64,000 bases of DNA from Pseudomonadota bacterium (GTDB taxonomy: Bacteria; Myxococcota_A; UBA796; GCA-2862545): contig PKDJ01000181.1 of NCBI GenBank assembly GCA_002862545.1, positions 115 to 64,114 on the forward strand. Reading direction: 5' to 3'. Numbering within the stretch: position 1 is the stretch's first letter; every line of letters begins with the position of its first letter. The notes under the pieces were generated by a model. That model saw only the letters and a program-made list of their open reading frames with translations, had not been told where the DNA came from and searched no databases. The translations under genes were made by a program, and so were the position numbers. Of this stretch, positions 58,796 to 64,000 are shown piece after piece.

Positions 58796-61510
58796 TCAGC
58801 GACGCCTTCGGGCGAGCAGCAGGCCGAGCCCGAGCAGCCAGCCGCCAGCCGGTGTGCCGGTAGAGCAGCCACAGCCTCCCTCGCCGTCGGCGTCGGTGGA
58901 GTCTGCTCCGCCAGTGGCGAGGTCGTCGCAGACGCCGTCGCCGTTCGCGTCGGCGAGCATCCCGGGGCCCTCGCAGGCATCGCCCTTGTCGCAGAAGCCA
59001 TCGGCATCGGCGTCTGGCCCGTCGTCTTCGGGTGCAGGCGGTCCGCCCGAGCGGCGGCAGTCGTCGCAGGTGTCACCGTCGCTGTCGCCGCACACCTCCG
59101 AATCGAGCGGGTCCGGGTCGTCACCGTCTAGGACACCGTCGCCGTCGTCGTCGTCGTCACCGTTGTCGCAGATTCCGTCGCCATCGGCGTCAGGCCCGTC
59201 GGCATCGGGGTCGAAGATGCCCTCCGCGCAGTCGTCGCACCCGTCGTCGTCGCTGTCGCCGCAGGCCTGACCGTCGTTGGGGCTGGGGTCGGCGTCGTTG
59301 TCGAGGCCGTCGCCGTCGCGGTCGTCATCGATGCAGTCCGGCGTGCCGTCGGCGTCGAGGTCTTGCAGGTCTTCCGGGGTGAGCACGCCGTCGCAGTCGT
59401 CGTCGAGGCCGTTGCAGCTCTCGCTGGCGTCCGGCGAGATGTCGGCGCGGGTGTCGTCGCAGTCACCATCGCGGACCTCGTAGCCGTCACCGTCATGATC
59501 GACAGCCGTGGCGAGGAGGAGGCGGATGTTGGCGTTGCCGTCGAGGGGCTCCCAGTAGTCCCCATCGGGGCCGTACTCGAAGCGTCCGGTGAGGGGCGAC
59601 GACTTCTCGAAGACGATGGGGAAGTCGTCGCTGCTCAGCTGCAGGTGGACGAACAGCTCGACGCCCTCGGGGTGCATCACGGGCGGGTCGACAGGCAGAT
59701 CGTTCCACCGGGTGTCCAGCACACCGGTGCTGTTGTGGAGCAATGCACCCGGCTCGCCGTCCACCACGGACCACACCCACAGCTCGTAGGGCAGGTCGTC
59801 GAGGTTGGACCAGGTGCGGACACCCTGCAGCAGACCGTGCTCCGGGGCCTCGAAGCGTCCGCGGACGTGGTTGTCTCCCCAGTAGCGAGACCACTGGCTC
59901 ACGAAGGCGTCGTAGCTGAGCGTGTAGCCGAGCAGGTCGGGGGCCTCGACCTCCAGCGACATGATGGGCTGCGAATCCGAGATGCTCGTGAGTCGGACGC
60001 CGGTGCGCAGTCCAGAGGCCGAGTCGGTGTTTGGACTGCCGGACTCGGTGAGGGAGCGGATGTTGTCGCGCCCCGGGAAGACGTCGCCCGGGTCGCCGCG
60101 GTTCTCGTCGCGCTCGAGGTCTTCGTCGCCGTCGGCCTGGACCACCCCGACGGCGAAGTGGTCCTCGTCGACGTTCACGTTGTTCAGGCGAGGGTAGTCG
60201 CCCTGGTGGTCGTCGATGCGCCACACCACCAGGCCGCCGGCGCCGGCGGTGAGTCCGGCATCCATGCCCGAGCGCTGGCGGTTCTCGACGAGGAAGGACT
60301 CCTGGGAGCGGTAGGGATCAGTCCAGATTCGCAGGGAGCCACCGCCATCGGCGACGCTGACCAGCTCGGCCACCGAGCTGCCTGGCGGCGCCTCCTCGGG
60401 CTCCTCCCAGCCGAGGCGCACGCGACTCCACGCGCCCATCGCGGGCGGTCGGACCACGGTGTAGTACGAGCCGGCCCCCATCAGGTCCCACTGGCCGACG
60501 CCGGCGGAGCTGTAGTCGGTGTCGTAGAGGTCCGGCAGCCCGAAGATGTGGCCCATCTCGTGGACGAAGGTCGACACGGGGTGTGGGTCGCCTGCGTCGA
60601 CACCGGCGTCGTCGTCCCAGGCCGCCTGCTCGGTGACGACCAGGTACGAGCTGAACTCCACGCCGTCGAGCTCGAGACCGCTCTCGGACCCCTGGTGGGG
60701 CCACCACTGGTCGTTGGCCCCATCGCCCCAGCCCTCGACGATCAGGATGACGTGGTCGACGCGGCCGTCTCCGTCGCTGTCGTACTGGCTGTAGTCGATG
60801 GTGTCGTCGAGGAGGGTGACGACGTCCTGCATCAGGCCGCCGCTGTCCCGAGGAGGGGTGCCGAGCCCGGACTGGCCGTCGACATACCAGTCGTAGGACT
60901 CGGGGGCCTCCACCCAGCCGTAGACATCGCCGCGGTCGCCTTCGAAGAGGTACTCGCCGTGCGAGAGCTCCTCGTAGTAGTCGCGCATGCTCGTGCCGTA
61001 CGAGCCGGGGAGTCCCGCCGGCCCGGGTGACAGCCCGTCGGCGAACAGTAGCTCCGCGAAGTGCTCGGGCAAGTGGCGTCGGTCGGGGACGCCGCGTGGT
61101 GGGCCTCCGGGGAACTCCACGAGGATGACCAGCGGACGAACGTGCCGGGTGTCGGGGAACAGAGCCCCGCGTCGGCCGCTCGGGTGCGGCGAGGGATCGG
61201 GTCGCGGCACGCCCCTCGCGGGGGGAGCCAGGTGCGGGCTCAGCCCGAGCGACTGCGGGTCGACGCTCCCGACGAGCCACCCGGACGGGACCAGGCGGCC
61301 ACCCGAGAGCTCCGCGTACTCCCAGCGCGTGCCCGTCTCCGTGGAGGTTCCGTAGAGGGTGTAGCCGTGGGCGTCTTCCACCCGGGGGGCCTCGCAGCCC
61401 CCGACGAAGCGAAGCTGGACAGGCGTGCCGTCGGGCTGGACGGTCGCTCTGAGCCCGGGTGGGCCAGGCATCGCGAGCGCCAGCTCTGCGATCAGCCAGA
61501 CGGTCAGCAC
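58796..61510 (-). CDS. M6-family (immune inhibitor A-like) metalloprotease with acidic Cys/Asp-rich calcium-binding-type repeats and MYXO-CTERM tail
   Basis: 904 aa with a GTG start and a GGAGG RBS. Zinc motif HEMGHIFGLPDLYD. The C-terminal ~270 aa hold DxDxDGxxDxxD/TSP3-like and CxDxDxDC repeats. The tail GGCGCSTGTPAGGWLLGLGLLLARRRR is MYXO-CTERM-like. Confidence 0.9.
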   Translation of the reverse strand: MLTVWLIAELALAMPGPPGLRATVQPDGTPVQLRFVGGCEAPRVEDAHGYTLYGTSTETGTRWEYAELSGGRLVPSGWLVGSVDPQSLGLSPHLAPPARGVPRPDPSPHPSGRRGALFPDTRHVRPLVILVEFPGGPPRGVPDRRHLPEHFAELLFADGLSPGPAGLPGSYGTSMRDYYEELSHGEYLFEGDRGDVYGWVEAPESYDWYVDGQSGLGTPPRDSGGLMQDVVTLLDDTIDYSQYDSDGDGRVDHVILIVEGWGDGANDQWWPHQGSESGLELDGVEFSSYLVVTEQAAWDDDAGVDAGDPHPVSTFVHEMGHIFGLPDLYDTDYSSAGVGQWDLMGAGSYYTVVRPPAMGAWSRVRLGWEEPEEAPPGSSVAELVSVADGGGSLRIWTDPYRSQESFLVENRQRSGMDAGLTAGAGGLVVWRIDDHQGDYPRLNNVNVDEDHFAVGVVQADGDEDLERDENRGDPGDVFPGRDNIRSLTESGSPNTDSASGLRTGVRLTSISDSQPIMSLEVEAPDLLGYTLSYDAFVSQWSRYWGDNHVRGRFEAPEHGLLQGVRTWSNLDDLPYELWVWSVVDGEPGALLHNSTGVLDTRWNDLPVDPPVMHPEGVELFVHLQLSSDDFPIVFEKSSPLTGRFEYGPDGDYWEPLDGNANIRLLLATAVDHDGDGYEVRDGDCDDTRADISPDASESCNGLDDDCDGVLTPEDLQDLDADGTPDCIDDDRDGDGLDNDADPSPNDGQACGDSDDDGCDDCAEGIFDPDADGPDADGDGICDNGDDDDDGDGVLDGDDPDPLDSEVCGDSDGDTCDDCRRSGGPPAPEDDGPDADADGFCDKGDACEGPGMLADANGDGVCDDLATGGADSTDADGEGGCGCSTGTPAGGWLLGLGLLLARRRR

Positions 61511-61556
61511 GGTTACCTCCGAGAGCCCACGTTAGCACCGGCGCTCGTGCCCGACG

Positions 61557-62069
61557 TCAGGGATGGAAGAGGCCCTCGAGATCGCCACGAAGGGCGAGTG
61601 CGTCGACGCCGATGGCGGCCTCGAACAGAGGCTCCGGCTCGAGGTTCCGCACGCAGGGCTGGCGCCAGCGGTCCAGCTCTCGGAGGACGCCTGCACGCGG
61701 TAGAGCACGGAGGGGAGCCACGTGGACCGTGCCAGCGAATGGCTCGTCGATGGCCTCGCTATCGGCTCCCGCGCGCGTCGAGCGGGTGCCCTCGATGGCG
61801 AGTGTGGCGCCGATGCCGCTGGTGCCTGCGGCGGTCCACGTGCCCTCGACGTGCGTCCAGGAGTCCTCGCCAGTGGAGACCTCCCAGACGAAGCGGCCAT
61901 CTCGGCCGATCTCCAGACGGTCCCGCGAGCCACCACAGTCCCAGGTCAGCGGGCGGTCGACGTGTGCCTCCACGGGGGTTCCGTCGAGCGCCGAGGCGCT
62001 GCTGCCAGGGCCCCCCATGCACAGCCAGAGGTTGGCGAGGACGATCGCGATGACAGGGAGTGGGCGCAC
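61557..62069 (-). CDS. Small lipoprotein, hypothetical
   Basis: GTG start at 62069 gives VRPLPVIAIVLANLWLC (lipobox). The longer track ORF (to 62786) overlaps the upstream membrane-protein gene and has junk composition. Confidence 0.5.
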   Translation of the reverse strand: MRPLPVIAIVLANLWLCMGGPGSSASALDGTPVEAHVDRPLTWDCGGSRDRLEIGRDGRFVWEVSTGEDSWTHVEGTWTAAGTSGIGATLAIEGTRSTRAGADSEAIDEPFAGTVHVAPLRALPRAGVLRELDRWRQPCVRNLEPEPLFEAAIGVDALALRGDLEGLFHP

Positions 62070-62077
62070 TCGACCGA

Positions 62078-62794
62078 CTAACCGGCCTGCTTCAGGGTCT
62101 GCTGAACCAGGGCAGCCAAGATCGCGCGCAGCTCGACAGGGCGGCCCTCGGCGGACTCCTCGACGGCGGCCTCGACGACGACCCAGGTCACGCCGGCGAA
62201 GGCCAGCCAGAACACGCTGCGGAAGGCGAGCTCCGACACGACGTCGATCCACTCGGGGAGGGTGATCCCGACGGCGGCGAGGCCCAGGGTCAGTCCGAGC
62301 TCGGAGAAGGTCTCGACCAGGCTCCAGGTCCACAGCGTGATGCCGACGGTGAAGACCAGTCCGATGAGCTCGCCCACGCCGGAGAGCAGGCTCTTGGAGT
62401 GGGCCAGCACGACAGCGACGAGCAGCGCGACGGCTCCTCGGCCGACGAGGAGGGGTCCGAGCTGCGGTGCTGCGTGGCCGGCAGCGATGTCCAGGCCGGT
62501 CCAGCCGAGCCCGAGCGCGACGGCGCCCACCAGGGCAGCTAGCCAGGCATCGAGTCCTGCTCCTGGACTTCGCCGCATCACGAGGGCGATGACGAGGCCA
62601 TAGGCCGCGCTCGGCAGACCCAGCACCGAGCCGACAGCCCGGGTGCCTAGCACCCCAGCGAGACCGACCACGAGGGCTGCGACGACGACGGGGGCCAGGC
62701 CGTGTGGCCACGGAGCGGCATGGCGCGGTCGCCAGCCGAGTAGGGAGCGCGCAATGGCACGCCAGCCCAGCAGCGGAAGGGTCCACCAGTGCAC
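62078..62794 (-). CDS. Polytopic membrane protein, hypothetical
   Basis: GTG start at 62794 (VHWWTLPLLGW..). About 6 hydrophobic helices. No family recognised. Confidence 0.5.
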   Translation of the reverse strand: MHWWTLPLLGWRAIARSLLGWRPRHAAPWPHGLAPVVVAALVVGLAGVLGTRAVGSVLGLPSAAYGLVIALVMRRSPGAGLDAWLAALVGAVALGLGWTGLDIAAGHAAPQLGPLLVGRGAVALLVAVVLAHSKSLLSGVGELIGLVFTVGITLWTWSLVETFSELGLTLGLAAVGITLPEWIDVVSELAFRSVFWLAFAGVTWVVVEAAVEESAEGRPVELRAILAALVQQTLKQAG

Positions 62795-62819
62795 GCCTCT
62801 CTCCTTGTCGATGCTTGGT

Positions 62820-63680
62820 CTAGGGTCGCACAGCTTCTGGCACGCGCGCCTCAAGCCACGCCAGGTAGCGCTCGCGAGCGGGGCGGCTCCGCACGGCCAG
62901 CAGCTCTCCGTGACCGTGTCCTCCGACCTCGACCAGCTCGCCATCAGGAAGGCTGGAGGCCAACCAGCGACCGTGGTCTACCGGGATCGTGGCGTCGTCA
63001 CGGCTGTGGAGCACGATACTCGGAAGGGCGCAGTCTGGCGCCCGGAGATCGCTTCGGAAGGGGTGGCGCAGGAGACGCTCGGTCGGCAGCCCGGGAGCCG
63101 TGCGACCCGCCAGCTCCAGCACCGAGCGGAACGTCGACTCGAGCACCAGGCCGGCAGGCTCGATGTCCTCGACGAGGTGGAGGGCGACGCCTCCGCCGAG
63201 ACTGCGGCCGTGCACGACCACGTGCTCCGCGGGAATGCCCAGCTCGCCGGTCACGAAGTCCCAGGCTGCTCGAGCGTCACGCGTGACGCCCTCTTCCGAT
63301 GGGGCACCCTCGGAGCCGGGGTAGCCACGGTAGGCGACCGCGAAGAAATCCCAGCCGTGGCGGTGCAGCAGACGCTGCAGGCCCATGCTTCCGGCCACCG
63401 TCTCGGCATTCCCGTGGAGGTAGAGCACCGCACGGTGTCCGCCTGCATCGCGGTGCCAGGCGTACAGGCGGGTGCCATCGGAGGCCTCCAGCTCGAGAGG
63501 ACGGGCGCCGATCTCTGCGGCTGCAGCGTCGAGGCTCACGCGGTCGATGCCGCCGGGAGCGGGGAAGACCAGGCCATCCTGGAGCTGGTACACCAGCGCG
63601 CCATAGGCCGCCCAGGCGGTGGCCAGCACCAGTCCGAGTCCGACCAAGGCTGCGAGCAGACCCAGCACTCCGCGCCTCAC
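62820..63680 (-). CDS. Membrane-anchored alpha/beta hydrolase
   Basis: GTG start at 63680 gives an N-terminal TM (VLGLLAALVGLGLVLATAWAAYG). Nucleophile elbow VVHGRSLGGGVA (GxSxG), HGNAE and a C-terminal GHGHG... region, typical of the serine aminopeptidase S33/BAAT-like fold. Confidence 0.75.
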   Translation of the reverse strand: MRRGVLGLLAALVGLGLVLATAWAAYGALVYQLQDGLVFPAPGGIDRVSLDAAAAEIGARPLELEASDGTRLYAWHRDAGGHRAVLYLHGNAETVAGSMGLQRLLHRHGWDFFAVAYRGYPGSEGAPSEEGVTRDARAAWDFVTGELGIPAEHVVVHGRSLGGGVALHLVEDIEPAGLVLESTFRSVLELAGRTAPGLPTERLLRHPFRSDLRAPDCALPSIVLHSRDDATIPVDHGRWLASSLPDGELVEVGGHGHGELLAVRSRPARERYLAWLEARVPEAVRP

Positions 63681-63720
63681 GGGTGGGACGCGCGGCGCTG
63701 CGCGGTGCCTCGTGCGTGGC

Positions 63721-64000
63721 TCAAGGAACCTCGCAGGGGAACTCGCCCGTGGCTCCTGCGGCGCAGGTGGTCCACGTCCCGGTGTTCGAGGAGGTGGTGT
63801 CGCCGACGTAGATGTCGTACAGCTCGCCGCTCTCGTAGCCATCTTCGTAGACGGTGATCGTGGCGCCACTCTCGATGTACTCGCCGCCAAAGCTGACGAT
63901 GACGGTCCCGCCGTCGCCGCCGAGCGACACGGACTCGGAGCCGGGTGAGCCGACTAGCCCGCTGCAGTCGGCCTCGTCTTCCCGGCCGGGGCCGAACTCA
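63721..64000 (-). CDS. 3' end of a gene for a secreted or beta-rich protein (5' part lies outside the window)
   Basis: The reading frame is open from the stop at 63721 to the window edge (I checked for in-frame stops by hand). The C-terminus is ..YEDGYESGELYDIYVGDTTSSNTGTWTTCAAGATGEFPCEVP. Confidence 0.35.
   Translation of the reverse strand, partial: EFGPGREDEADCSGLVGSPGSESVSLGGDGGTVIVSFGGEYIESGATITVYEDGYESGELYDIYVGDTTSSNTGTWTTCAAGATGEFPCEVP

Noticed and set aside
58900-59520. Highly repetitive GAC/GTC/GCC-rich DNA resembling a tandem repeat or satellite
   Set aside because: It is the coding sequence (minus strand) of the Asp/Cys-rich TSP3-like repeats of the M6 protease. The periodicity is at the protein-motif level and is not an exact nucleotide tandem repeat.
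61557-62786. 409-aa minus-strand ORF
   Set aside because: Only its last 171 codons (from GTG 62069, lipobox LWLC) look real. The upstream 238 codons overlap the better-supported polytopic membrane protein gene (62078..62794) in another frame and are Arg/Pro-rich.

Overview
High-GC (about 70% by eye, not computed) chromosomal segment carrying roughly 50 genes. It most likely comes from a member of the Myxococcota: three secreted proteins end in MYXO-CTERM-type tails (GC..G + hydrophobic helix + RRRR), one protein carries a myxococcal Cys-rich repeat, and many products are lipoproteins or secreted proteins.

Housekeeping and recognisable genes:
- cysS, hflX, proline iminopeptidase, manA
- an MscS-family channel, a LysR regulator, two GNATs
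- an alpha-2-macroglobulin/pbpC operon
- an M6 metalloprotease

Main accessory content:
1. A ~15 kb envelope-glycan locus (30.3-45.6 kb). Its core is a six-gene, translationally coupled operon: manA, GT4, GT2, a TPR/putative beta-barrel protein, a MOP-type flippase, and a 1376-aa GT-C-like giant membrane protein. It is flanked by a beta-helix lipoprotein, a methyltransferase and a polyprenol-phosphate-sugar-synthase-like GT2. I consider this the best candidate for an undescribed system.
2. An ECF sigma gene bracketed by two paralogous 4-TM modules, one of them fused to an LtaS-type sulfatase-fold enzyme.
3. A RAYT (REP-associated tyrosine transposase) with clusters of a GGTGCCAGGTAC(CTGG) palindromic repeat. 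Copies of the core also sit inside the A2M and pbpC coding sequences.
4. A second GT-C-like membrane protein next to a lipid-active-looking operon.

No rRNA, tRNA, CRISPR array or cas genes were seen. Many long ORFs in the track are antisense shadows typical of high-GC DNA and were rejected. All functional calls are motif recognition by eye. Start codons are often uncertain.
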